Source of the DNA: Octopus vulgaris
Taxonomy: Eukaryota
Assembly (NCBI GenBank): GCA_951406725.2
Contig: OX597831.1
Span: 46,252,001 to 46,316,000, forward strand
Direction of reading: 5' to 3'
Length of the DNA: 64,000 nt
The position numbers and the translations under genes were made by a program. Shown piece after piece: positions 1-11,689 of this stretch (its first letter is position 1; each line of letters starts with the position of its first letter). The notes under the pieces were generated by a model. It saw only the letters and a list, made by a program, of their open reading frames with translations, was not told where the DNA came from and searched no databases.

Positions 1-67
1 TCGCTGAGATATTATGATCACAGGGGATGCTCATGTCGATCAATAAGCAAACTTTATTGTTTTGGTC

Positions 68-136
<69 letters not shown>

Positions 137-137
137 A

Positions 138-575
138 TCATTGCTTTTGCATAGCTTCTATCGCTAAAGATGTTTTACATTGGCAGCTGTTCACTACCTG
201 TGAACTAAAGTAACAAATTTTATATAATTTTCGAGAAACTTTGGGAGTATTCGAGCGATTACAAGCAGTGCTGTTTCCTGCAAGTGTTCCACCCTTATTG
301 CAGCCCCTATTTGTTCCATGTACTTCTCGAGATTTTTACTCACTGTTCCCAGGGCTCCGACAATTACTGGTACCACTACCACCTTTTTCATCGACCATAA
401 CTGCTTTACCTGCCAAGCTTTTCTTTCTTCCTTACCGCATACCTTGTCGTCAGCTGGGCGTGCTATATCTATGATCCAGCATAGTTTGCTTTCTTTCTCA
501 AGTAAGACTATGGCTGGCTTCCTATTTTCTATCTCATGGTCACATTGAATCATAAAATCCCACAGGATCTTTGCA
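138..575 (-). mobile_element. R4/Dong-like LINE 3' fragment (restriction-like endonuclease domain); also 21788-22225, 39205-39642, 57254-57691
   Basis: RKP(D/A)IV..IIDIA.P...VVVPVIVGALG..LQETALL; its 3' end abuts (TAA)n. Confidence 0.85.
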
Positions 576-751
576 GAACGATATTTTTGTAGATATCAAA
601 AATGACTTCAAAATGGCGTCGTTTTCGTCTCCGAGTCAAGAAGAGAGGAGAGAGGAAGATGTTTTGAGGATGAAATCATCTTTGATAGCCAACGTTTTTG
701 AAACAATTTTGCAGACTTTATTAAAAGTATTAGTAGCAGTATCAGTAGAAA

Positions 752-767
752 TAACAGCAGCAGCAGC

Positions 768-831
<64 letters not shown>

Positions 832-833
832 GC

Positions 834-865
<32 letters not shown>

Positions 866-900
866 GAACAACAACAACAACAACAACAACATCAACAACA
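752..900 (+). repeat. (CAA/CAG)n microsatellite, variable among units (22402-22556, 39820-39898, 57868-58003)
   Basis: Seen directly. Confidence 0.95.
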
Positions 901-999
901 CCGATAGGCGCAGCAAGAACAAATGATAGGCCAGACACAGAAGCTCACAAAATCACCAGCAGTATCAGCAGCAATAGAAGCATCGGCACCATCGGTAGC

Positions 1000-1510
1000 A
1001 ACATTCTGGGCGGGACTCTGGGCTCCAATGTGGTTCAATGGCTTGTTCGTTCCAGAGGACTTTCCAACGCGGGACCCATAAACCTTTTACCTTTTACTGG
1101 ATGAAGGGCATTGCCATTTCGAGATAAACTCTACAAGCATGGAAGTGCCACGTAACCGGGCCTGGCGAAGCTGCACGTCGAGACACGAAACTATTCTGTA
1201 TGCATTTGTCCAGTGCCTGAGCATTGCTGACTCTTGGGTTTAAGTTGAACACTTGTTCCATGTAGGACGAATCCGGCTGTGAAGCAAGTCAATAGTGGGA
1301 ATCGACGATCTACCTTTCTTTGACAAAAAAGGGCAGTTCATTTTTCTCTTGCCGGTCTATATAGCAAAAGAAGTGGTGTGGCTTGCTCCTGTGGACGGGT
1401 ATTTTCCTCTCAAACCCAGATGGAATCTTTACTTCAAAGTCTGTGGTCCCGACGGGAAAGCCTGCGAGGTTTGAAAAGTATGTAAATAAACTGTATTTAA
1501 TAAAATAAAA
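1000..1510 (+). mobile_element. Decayed L1/Tx1-like ORF2 C-terminal (zf-RVT-like) fragment; repeated in each unit
   Basis: Frame-disrupted ALPFRDKLYKHG...C...ETILYAFVQC..IADSW..VEHL..VGRIRL..AKEVVW, followed by an A-rich tail near 1485-1510. Confidence 0.55.
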
Positions 1511-1562
1511 GTGGTATCGAGCCTTTTAAACTTACCAGAAGAAGGAATAATTTATATACATG

Positions 1563-1850
1563 TTTGTTCCTTCAAGAGCCATGCCTGGCTTATAAGGGTC
1601 GGTTTCCCGGTTTCATTGGCGTATAGGTTCCCCACCTGGACGGGACGCCGGTCCGTCGCAGGTGAGCTGCAAGATGCAGGAGAAAAGGGTGAGAGAAAGT
1701 TGTGGTGAAAGAGTCAGCAGAAGCTCACCATTACCTTCTACCGGAGCCGCGTGGTGCTTAGCTGTTTCGCTCATAAACGGTCTGAGATTCGAACCGGCGA
1801 TCCCTCGACCGCGAGTCCGCTGCTCTGACCACTAGGCCATGTGCCTCCAC
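1563..1850 (-). mobile_element. tRNA-derived SINE with 14-bp TSD; also ~23219-23506, ~40561-40848, and 3'-deleted at 58463-58721
   Basis: A box TGGCCTAGTGG, B box GGTTCGAATC; TSD AATTTATATACATG at 1549-1562 and 1851-1864. Confidence 0.85.
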
Positions 1851-2889
1851 AATTTATATACATGCATACTATAATTTGTCATGTCGTTAAAAAAGAGGCA
1901 GCGGCAAAGAATCTTTACTAATAATATTTTAGTGGAGAACCACTGATCGAGATAATTGCCTTTGTTCAGCGTCGGAGAGGCAGGAAAGAGCAGTTCTTGA
2001 ATAAATTCCACCTTTCTCTCTATTTCTCAGAGACGACATTCCGAGAGCCATTCAACCATTTAATATTGTTGTCTTCACTTGTGATACTCCTCCCATCCTT
2101 CCTTCCTTCTTTCCTTCCTTCCTTGCTAGCTTAATTCCAACCCCTCTTTCCACATTTCTCCCTGCATCCCACTTTGCATTCTTATTCTTCAAACAATAAT
2201 TTTCGGTCTTCCAACTGGATACGCAAACTCATTCAAGGGAGATAACTCCACGTGCTTGTATTATGAGTTACAAATCGTGCATAATTTATCTTTCTTGTAC
2301 GTAAGATTTTCCTTTTGTTTTTATTTACTTTCCCGAGATACTCTTCGTGCGAATCTACCACAGCAGTAAGACTTGATTCCTGTGAGTGTTTTAAACTAAA
2401 GTACATAGCATGCTCATTTGATGAGTGTAAGCTCAGAATTATATATATATATTCGTCCTGTCGAAAAGACGCTTGTCTGTGACGTCCTGTTTTTGTTGCT
2501 ATTATTATTATCATTATTGTTTTTACGTATTTTTGTATTCTTATTCGTGCTATCACAAATATCACAATATTCGTGCGATATTGAAAGCTAATTACCCCAA
2601 CATTGCAAGGCCAACTCAAGAGAAATTTGATCGAAAGAAATAATTAAATGTGATGATGCCCTAATGTGTGTATCTACTAATTTTGAAGTCTCGTGTAAGC
2701 ACACACAGTTCCATCTGAAATGGACGCGATTACCAGCATCCTAAAAGGCAGAGCTTGAAAAATCGCCTTTGAGAAGATACTATTGAAACAATGTTACTTC
2801 ACAAATAAATTATATATATGTACATTCAGACACACAGTACTCACCAAAGAGCTTTTAATTAGTTCAGTGTAGTTACATACTCTGATAGT

Positions 2890-2899
2890 TTTATTTATT
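2890..2899 (-). terminator. Candidate polyadenylation signal of GPCR copy 1
   Basis: Overlapping AATAAA hexamers on the minus strand ~130 nt after the stop. The AT-rich context makes this weak. Confidence 0.3.
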
Positions 2900-3025
2900 T
2901 TAATATAACGCTTAAATGTTTAGGTAAAATTATTTTACATGGTGAATATTTGAAACTGGGAAGAACTTGCCGTGTTCATTTCGAGTGGTATGTTTCATTT
3001 GCGGATAAGCTATAAGGTGACGAAT

Positions 3026-4108
3026 TCAATGAGTTTCGATATTTTGTTTTTTACATAGCTGGAAAATGTTGTGAAATAAAGCAAGTAATTCATTACGAAA
3101 CTGCCGATTGAAAACTCCGTAGATATACGGGTTAAGAGCAGAGCTGAGATAAGAAGAATAGAATAAAAACTTGTGAATCACTAGATCTTTATCACTTGCA
3201 ACGTAATCAAAATCTTCAACAAACAACCTCCAGTATACTCCAATGAAATGTGGTATGTAACTGATAATCCAGATCAAGGTGATAACGAAGAGTATTAAAC
3301 TAGCCCAAAGTGGTGGCACTGGTTGCTTTCTAAGACGCGCAAAAGCGGTAGAACTAATATCTGTAGACTGACCTTCAGGTTTGGAAATGTTAGGAGTTGT
3401 GAAGGCTTCACGAAACTGATTTGCTTTATTTTTCTTCGCTTTGTAAATTTTCCAAATGCGCATTCCAATTAATATGTATATAATGAAAAGAATGATAAAC
3501 ATACAACAGCAAACGGTTGATCCAGTAGTGTAATAAGCAAAAAAATTTATTGTGCCATTTATATCAGGAGAATATGCACAAACTCCTCCAATATCGCCAC
3601 ATTGTTCCACCATTTTGTGTTGTGTGCCGGATACAAAAATTGATGGTGCAGACAAAATGAACGCGATGATTGTTAAACATGCTAAAATTGTTTTTGAATT
3701 CTTAACGGAAATACTTTGCTTAAGAGGTCGACATATGAGAATGTATCTATCGACTGCTATAACAAACACAATTAAAGCTGAATTGATTATTGCTGCAGCT
3801 ATCACACCACGTATCACACGACATGCAACATCACTGTGAAACGTATAGGGAAAACGTAGAACTACAATGTCCATAGGTATACATATTATGCAAGTTAGAA
3901 AATCACACACCGAGAGTGCTACAATGAACATATGCATGGCTGTCTCATCAAATTTATAATAGTATATGTATGATACAAAGCAATTTCCAATTGCTCCAAG
4001 TGCCATTGAAATTCCGAGATACGTTATCACTGGAAAATAAACATCCACCATTTTAGTATTTAGTTCTAAAATACTAACGCAAATGTTGACACTGTTGTTT
4101 TGCTCCAT
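3026..4108 (-). CDS. Class A (rhodopsin-like) orphan GPCR, copy 1, 360 aa, single coding exon
   Basis: Seven hydrophobic segments, TM1 GN, TM2 LSVCD, TM3 Cys96 and DRY, ECL2 Cys, TM6 SYIP, TM7 NPYIY, helix 8 FNRQFR, and an N-terminal sequon NNS. Confidence 0.95.
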   Translation of the reverse strand: MEQNNSVNICVSILELNTKMVDVYFPVITYLGISMALGAIGNCFVSYIYYYKFDETAMHMFIVALSVCDFLTCIICIPMDIVVLRFPYTFHSDVACRVIRGVIAAAIINSALIVFVIAVDRYILICRPLKQSISVKNSKTILACLTIIAFILSAPSIFVSGTQHKMVEQCGDIGGVCAYSPDINGTINFFAYYTTGSTVCCCMFIILFIIYILIGMRIWKIYKAKKNKANQFREAFTTPNISKPEGQSTDISSTAFARLRKQPVPPLWASLILFVITLIWIISYIPHFIGVYWRLFVEDFDYVASDKDLVIHKFLFYSSYLSSALNPYIYGVFNRQFRNELLALFHNIFQLCKKQNIETH

Positions 4109-4173
4109 TTTCTTAATATTGTTTGAAACTTTGAGGAAAGTGTTATGATTTGCGATTGTAGACCTCGTACTTC

Positions 4174-4192
4174 CTGGAAAGACAAAGAAAAG
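4174..4192 (-). promoter_or_regulatory. Predicted 3' splice acceptor 65 nt upstream of the GPCR ATG (5'-UTR intron)
   Basis: Minus strand reads CTTTTCTTTGTCTTTCCAG|GAAGTACG; identical in all four units. Confidence 0.7.
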
Positions 4193-4270
4193 TTGTTTGT
4201 AAACAGTTTATTCCAACAGACTTTATGAAATATTCTGCTTTACATCGAGAGTTAAGTTAAAAGATTTTAC

Positions 4271-5485
4271 AGTTCTATATTTAAGAGATGTGGAATTATG
4301 TACATTATTTACATGTGACGGATATCAGTCAAGATAGCATAAGAAAACATTAGATTTATAAGCCCTAAAATTCACTCCATAATTACCCGCGGACATATGG
4401 CGTAGTTAACACAACGTTTCGGCTGATATACCCTCCAGCCTTCATCAGGTGTCTTGGGGAAATTTTGATGTTATTATTATTATTCAGGTCACTGTCCGAA
4501 CTCGGAATCTTGGGGTTAGTAGCCCGCACTCTTATCCACTACGCCATATGACTGTGGGCAATTATGGAGTGAATTTTAGGGCTTCTAAATCTAATATTTT
4601 CTTATGCTATTCATATCTGCACTCTGTCTGCTTAGGAGATAGTTGTGTCCTAGCATATGTGCTGCTTCGTATTTTCCAGATGTGTTCTCTGTCTATCATT
4701 TTAACTTCATCCCACAGGGGTAGGTGGTCTCCATTTTTCCATACATGATCAGCTATACCCGAGTTATCAATATCTCCTCGTGTCACAGCTTTGCTATGTT
4801 TCTCTATCCCTACTTTGAAGGAGCGGCATGTATCGCCCTTGTATAATCTACCACAGCTGCATGGGATGGAGTACACGCAATCTTTGGTCATATTCTCTTC
4901 TGTTGAGTGTTTTTCTCGAAGGAGATATTTGCGAAGTGTTGTATTACTCTTGAATACTGTCCTGACGTCATATGGGCCACATATCTTTTGTATCTTTTCG
5001 GAGAGGTCTTTCACATAGGGTAGACAGACTGTGAACAGTTTATTGGTTTCATTCTCTCTTTTCATAACTGGAGTGGATAATATGTTTTTGGGGTAGTTGT
5101 TACTTAATAGATTGTTATTGAGCTTGATAATTTCTTCGTGGTGTATACGGACGTCCTGAATCCATACTTGGAAAGTTAGATGGTTTGAAAGACGAGCTAG
5201 TTTTTGTTGAAGTGTCCCTGTGTCTCCATTGAAATGTAATGTCGGCTCAGTTCTACATTTTAGAAATAAGGAATTATGTACATTATTTACATTATTTACT
5301 TTTGACGGGTATTTGTTGTTAACATAACGTTTCGGCTGGTTGGATTTTAGGGCTTGTAAATCTAATATGTTCCTATCCTTCCTTAAAACCGATGAAGACT
5401 GGAGGGTATATCAGCCGAAACGTTACGTTAACAACATACAAGAAGAGGAGAAATATCCGACAAATGTAAATAATGTAAATAATGT
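4271..5485 (-). mobile_element. Penelope-like element remnant: GIY-YIG endonuclease end plus pseudo-LTR pieces in direct and inverted orientation
   Basis: ORF 4607-5065 contains LPYV..LSEKI and CVYSIPCSCGRLYKGDT..R...SGIADH. Repeated terminal sequence at 4271-4450, 5249-5340 (direct) and 5385-5485 (inverted). Confidence 0.85.
4408..4453 (-). ncRNA. Minimal type I hammerhead ribozyme motif
   Basis: GACAC-CUGAUGA-A-GGCUG(GAGGGUAUAU)CAGCC-GAAAC-GUU|GUGUU: stem I GACAC/GUGUU, stem II GGCUG/CAGCC, palindromic ACGU helix III. Confidence 0.75.
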
Positions 5486-5839
5486 CAACAAAGATTTGTA
5501 CAAAAACAAGAAATACATTTATCAAATATTAATTACGCATGATATTTATGAACAAATATTTGTGGATATACACTGTGAAATTGCTAAATTTTCGATATCA
5601 ATCATATATTGGGAAGAGCTAGTAAATAAGCCATATAAGTATGTGCTTCTGTGTATGAGTGTGCTCGTTGTTAATGGTTGAATCCGAAGCACATTAAGCT
5701 GTAAATAATAGAATTATGGTTAAAAATACCATTTGGAAGGATGAATTCTATTGTTGGGTCTCGAACCTACACGTGTTGCAAATATGATAGACGTTCTGCC
5801 ATTGGACCAAAATAATCTTTCAAATTTCTCCATCCAGTT

Positions 5840-8800
5840 TCTGTAATCTAATAGCTAGGTCCTGGAACTTTGTTATTTTTCTATACCTCTCATATTTATT
5901 TTTTCATAACTTGGGACTGTAAAGTCAATTAATTGGTACTGTCTACTACTTCTAAATTAGGCTTTCTGTTACTATGTCAGTCTGAATGTTGGCTCTAGGT
6001 TGACATGCCCGTTTCATATATTCTTTCTGTGCCAGCATAATACATTCACTTACTATATGAGTAACACATTCCTCTTTTGATTTGCATAACCTACATTGGG
6101 AATGCACTTAATTTTGTCTGTTTTAGTTTTTTATCCAATTAATCCTTGATGCTTGATCTTATGCTGCTTCTAACAAACTTTCTGTCTCTCGTTTCAGCCG
6201 TCCTTTCTGCAACCATAACCATGTATCACTACTACTATTTGCTACAATCATCTTTGGGAATCTACTATGCAAAGCCTTCTCCTGCCAGTCTTTTGTTTGT
6301 TTTTCTGGCTTTTAACTTTGTTTGTTTTTTGTTTTCCCTATGTCTTGCTGTGATTGAAGTAGCTCTCTAAACATTCTTTACTATTATCTACGTAGGAGTC
6401 TATATCTATTCTAGCTAACTCCACACAGTCTTCTACTGATATTATTCCTCTTCCACTTCCTTTCTAGCCAAGTATAATCTTGCTACTCCTGTGTTGGATG
6501 GAGTCCTCCATTCATATTGAATTCATTAACAATTCTTCTGTCAAGCTTTGCTAATGTAGTTTTTGTCCAATCTACAAAAACTGCTGAGTATCTAAGTAAA
6601 GATACTATCCACGTATTTAAAGCCTTCACTAGTTTCGGACAATTTAGTTTTGATTTCATAAACTTCCTTATCCTTCTGATGTACTCCTTCTCAATTTTCG
6701 TTTCCGTTTCTATAATTAGTACTCTGTCAGATCTAATACTCCTAGATACTTATAACTCCCTACTTCTCTCGGTGATTTTAATGTCTGGCCATCTCGTAAT
6801 TGGATGCATTCGCTTATGACTGCATGTCCCCTTTTCATGACAAATATTGCATACTTATCTATGCCAAATTCCATCCTATATCTTTGCTGAACAGTCTTGC
6901 TGTCTGTATTAAGGAATCTCTCTTTTTCATTCTTACCAGGGTTCCGACAGTTATTCGTACTACTGCCACCTTTTCCATCGACCACAATTGCTTAACCTCT
7001 CAAGCTAACCTGTCTTATCTATCGACATTTTTCTTCCTTATCGTATACCTTGTTGTCAGCTATGCATGCTATATCCAGCATCGTTTGCTTTCTTTCTCAA
7101 TTAACACTTTGTCTAGTTTCCTACTCTCTATCTCATGGTTTAATGCTCGTACCACGTTTTTGCTCTGTTAAGTCCATACTTGTTGCAAAGCGTCCAATGG
7201 CATGCATTGACTAGTAATATGCCACAGGTTTCACCATTTTGTCTACAAAGTCTGCACTTATCACTATCCAATGTGTTGTCTATTCTGTATTTGATGTAAT
7301 TCGTTCTTGATGCTTGCTCTTCGACGGCACAGATTAGGGATTCTGTTTCCGGTTTTAAATCACTTTTAGTCATCCATAGCCATCTTTTTCTCTCTCTGTC
7401 TTATCATCAACATCCCTATGAAATTGTCCATGCATTCTTTCTTTGTCCACCTATTTTCAGTTTCATTCACTCTCAAAGTGCTTGTACAGTGCTCTATCTT
7501 TGCAATCTTCCATCCTACACAAGCCTGACTTTCTTACGTCCAATAATAGTGGTTCTGTGGCATATTATACATAGCATGCTGTGCTGTTTTCCTCTGCTCT
7601 AATGCTGTGTTCGCATCAAATCAGTCCTCTTTCCCCTCCTTTTCGCGGTACATACAGTCTGTCTGTGTTACGTTTTGGATGGAGTATCCCATATCTAGTC
7701 AGTAACTTCCTTGTCATTCTGTTTAAGCTGTTTAATTAGTCGACTGTCCATGCAATTACCTCTGCTCCATATCTAAGTAGTGAAACTGCCCAGGTGTTGA
7801 TAGCTTCAATCTTATTCCGTACGTTTAATTTTAACTTAAGGATCAGTCTCAGTCTGCGCAAGTACTCCACTTTAAATCTTTCTGTCATTTCTTTCTCCAT
7901 CAATTTATCCATTTCCCAAATCCCCAGGTACTTATAGCCCGTATCTTCTATCTGCTTCATAACCTTCCCCGGCAGTATCGCTAGCTCGTCACATACATTT
8001 GATTTTGCCTCTCTTCAAGACTAACGCACCATACTTTTTCAGTCCGAACTCCATTTTGATGTCAGCACTGAAAGTATACACCGTATCAACGAACGAACTG
8101 ACTTGGGATTCATCTTTACCATAAAGGTTGAGGTCATCCATGAATAATAAGTGGTTGACATTTGTTGGCGGCTTTTGAATACATACACAGCCTTTGCTTT
8201 CCTCAGAATCAGTGTTAGTGGTATCATGTACAGTACAAAGATCAGTGGTGACAGGCAGTTCCCTTTGAAGATGTCTTTCCTGATTTCTATGGTCCCTAAA
8301 CTTCTTCCATTTGCTGTCAACTTCGTCCCCCAATTCGCCTTACTTTTTCCAAGTAATCGCTCAACATTCGATGCAATACCAAGTAGGTCCATACCCAAGA
8401 ATGTGGGATCATATCATACGCCTTACGATAATCGATCCATGACAAGGCCAAGTTAGTTTACCTCCTCTTGCAGTCTCAAAGTACATTTTTGTCTACACGG
8501 AGTTGATCTCTGGTGCCCCTGCACTTAGGCTTGCAACTCTTCTGCTCATGTGGCAGGATTCCATTTCCCCCCCAGATGTTCGTACATTGACGCTGCTAGT
8601 ATTCCAGTCAATACTTTCCACATAAGTGGCAAGCAGGATATCGGCCTGTAATTGTCTACCGTATTGCCTTTATCGATGTTTTTCAAGCACTGCACTGTCC
8701 TACCCATTGTCAATTACTCTGGTATTATTTAGACGGCATGTAACAAGATGTTGAGTTGTGCAGCTATTCGTGCATGACATTCATCAAATCTTTTGATCCA

Positions 8801-9960
8801 GTAGCCTTGAATTCCATCTGAACAGTCTTGCAGTCCTTTTGCCCTTTTTGTTGATTTCATTCATTTCCCTAACTGAAATGACTAGTTCTGCTTGTTTTGG
8901 ACAGAGTACTGTTTGTTTAAGTTCTTGCAACCATTCAGCATCCTTCTTATGGTCCTTGTCTTTGCTCCAGATGTCACTCCAAAACATTTGATTTTGAATG
9001 TTATCTGGCATCAAATTTTCATCTATACTCTCTCCATTTATTTCTTTGTAGAATCTCTTCTAATCCACTCTGAATAACCTCTTCTGGTGGTAACCCTTCA
9101 TTCTTTGGTCTTATCTTACCATCTTTGCTTTTTTTTTTTGCATCGGGGCACTGTTTCAGTTCTTCTTCTTCTTCTTCTTCTTCTTCTTCTTCTTCTTCTT
9201 CTTCTTCTTCTTCTTCTTCTTCTTCTTCTTCTTCTTCTTCTTCTTCTTCTTCTTCTTCTTCTTCTTCTTCTTCTTCTTCTTTATTGTCTTTGCACAGCTT
9301 CTAACGCCACGTCCTTTGTATTTCAATGTCCAAGACTTTATATTTACTGGATTTGTCAAATTCCTTTACTTACATCTATTAGTCTACAATGACTGGCCGA
9401 TTAACCTGGAACGTTCTGTCGCTGTTGACAGAAAATCCCAGAGGATAGTGACATTTTTACCTTCATCGACTGGTTCAGGATCATATTCATACCAGTAGGC
9501 AGGAGTGCTGATTTTGTAGTGATTACATATTTTCCAATGTAAATTCTGTCCTACCCTATCCTGGCGATTTTGTATACGTTTGGTGTCAGCACAGGACATC
9601 CTGAGACAAGATGGTCTATTGTTAAGTGAAATTTATCGCAGAATCTGCATTTAGGGTTAGAACCGTTTTGAAGAACGTTAGCTGGTAGCTTTTGGTAAGC
9701 AAGCTTTGATCTTGTGCCGCCAATATGAAACCTTCAGTCTGTGCTTTCAGTCCTGAACTTCTTAGCCACTGATGGTTTGCTGCTTGGTCTACATCAGTAT
9801 TTCGACTTCGAAGTATATACTGTCCATGCAGAAGCTTCGGGCTCTACTGCTCCTCAATTTGTTTCTGTCCGTTCTTTTTGCAGTCTGCTTGATGACAGTG
9901 CTTTTAGGTTCTTCATCTAATTCAGGGTTAATGCCAAGTTTCCTTGCGAATTTGTTGTAC
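5840..9960 (-). mobile_element. Stack of at least three decayed R4/Dong-like LINE fragments (RT, CCHC and RLE parts)
   Basis: NHLLFMDDL, YKYLG twice, PETESLICA...DKCRLC, RQDRVGQNLHWKIC, TILWDF; many stops and frameshifts. Confidence 0.85.
9159..9281 (+). repeat. (CTT)n microsatellite, unit 1 only
   Basis: Seen directly. Confidence 0.95.
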
Positions 9961-10112
9961 TCTTTCGCCACAACTTTCTCTCACTCTCTCTTCCTGTTTC
10001 TTGAGTAACGATACGATGGACTGGCGTCCCGTCCAGCTGGGGGGAACACATACGCAACAGAAACTGGGAAATCGGGCCCATGAGCCTGGCTTGGTTTGAA
10101 AAGAGTGACATA
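9960..10112 (+). mobile_element. SINE 3' fragment related to the 1563-1850 family; also ~32391-32542 and ~48595-48745
   Basis: CACAACTTTCTCTCAC..GGCGTCCCGTCCAG..GAAAC(C/T)GGGAAA is shared with the reverse complement of 1563-1720. Confidence 0.65.
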
Positions 10113-11511
10113 TTTTTTCTTATATAAACGCATAGTTAGTAAAAATATATCGAAAAATGCAGATGAAATCAAAATGATGTTAAAATTATTTGCAACTTTT
10201 ATACATTTTTACGAGAGATAATGCTATTCAACGATTATTACTCTGTATGCAAGCACTAAGGACGTTCTCTGTTTTCCTTGATTCCAAACTATCAACGTTC
10301 TATGAAGAAGTAAAATAAAGATTCTATATATTACTGCCAGATGGTAAATAATTTCATCTTTAATTTCAATTAATGACTCTCTTCGTGATATATCGATTTA
10401 ATAAGTTATAGGTTATATCGTGCTGAAGGTTTCGAAAACAAATGAAATAGTGCTATACTTAATCAACACGCACTAGCAATTGGAAATATATCGCAATAGA
10501 TAAAAGGAAATTGAATATGAGAGTTCTGTGAGTATACTTTCTTGTAGTTCTTAATTTTCAACCCTGCCTCACATCGCGAACGAATAGTTATTTTCCTTGC
10601 ATTGACGGCTATTCCGAGAGGAAACGTGTATTTGAACACGAATATACTAAATCTTAAAGAATTCATATTTAGTCACCAAATGATGAATGAAACAAACAGA
10701 AAATACGAAAACAGGTGGGTGAATAGAAGACTACAGGAAACTTAGACAAAATGGTGTGATCTGTATATATATGCAAGAATAGTTAGGAAGTATTTTTCGG
10801 AATAATTTAGAAGACAACCGCTGAAGTCCGTCAAAAATAGAAATGTAGATGAGTTGTCAAGCTCACAAGGTCTCCAGGGACCATTAAATGTTCTTTAGTA
10901 CTGGCAATACAGTTTTTGTGTTTCGTATCGTTCTTGATATTTAAACTTCATATGCGATGTCTTGCCTTGAAACCTACCAACTAGTCTTTCACCAAGCAAT
11001 TCCCGCATAACTATTTGCTAATCTGGTCACTGAAGGTTTCAAGTGCCGGGAAAGATACATTAGCATATTATTTTAGTGACACTGTTGACAATACGTAGAA
11101 TAAATAAATTAAAGTAATATATGATATAGGTCAAAGTAATGGTAATTTTGTAGCTAATTTAAATGAAATTTGTTATAAGAGAGACATAAAAAGGAGACAG
11201 AGAGGGAGATAAAGCAGGGAGAGAGGGAAAGAGAGGGGGAAAGAGGGAGAGAAAGACAGAGAGAGAGGGAGAGAGAGAGGGACAGAGATAGAGAGAGAAG
11301 GATAGACAGGGAGAGAGAGAGAGGGAGAGATAAAATTCGATAGATAAACAGAGAGTATATGGGAGATGGAGAAGAAAAAATGCATAAGAAAATTTTCTGT
11401 CACTAAAACATATATGAGCTCTTTTCGTAAATTGACAAAAATACACATAATCATAATAGTTGAATGTGATGTTGATATTCAGATGACATTCCTAAATGTT
11501 GAGTAAGAAAT

Positions 11512-11689
11512 CCTTTCTACGACAAGTACAAGGCCTGAAATGTTGGGAGAGGGGACTAGTCGATTACGTCGACCCCAAGCGTTTCACTGGTACTTAATTT
11601 ATCGACCTCGAAAGGATAAAAGGCAAAGTTGAACTCAGCGGAATTTGAACTCAGATTGTGCAGACGTACGCAATGCCGCTAAGCATTTT
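11512..11689 (-). mobile_element. Nin-domain-like tRNA SINE fragment; also ~33945-34122 and ~50145-50322
   Basis: Minus strand GAGTTCAAATTCC (B box) followed by GCCTTTTATCCTTTCGAGGTCGATAAATTAAGTACCAG. Confidence 0.75.

Noticed and set aside
571-1104. 177-aa Thr-rich mucin-like ORF, with counterparts at 22221, 39776 and 57687
   Set aside because: The Thr run is a (CAA)n microsatellite that becomes poly-Ala in unit 4, the frame is broken in unit 3, and it runs into a LINE fragment.
2233-2619. 128-aa ORF recurring downstream of the receptor, and other short recurring ORFs (5340, 10463, 15949)
   Set aside because: Recurrence is explained by recent duplication. They have non-ATG starts or no recognisable domain, and the 2233 ORF is disrupted in units 2 and 4.
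3026-4108. Naming the receptor as a CCK, orexin or other known receptor
   Set aside because: Only generic class A motifs are visible, and orthology cannot be established without a phylogeny.
5385-5429. Inverted plus-strand copy of the hammerhead
   Set aside because: The core is mutated (CCGAUGA), stem II is mismatched and stem I is poor, so it is unlikely to be active. Counted as part of the Penelope remnant.
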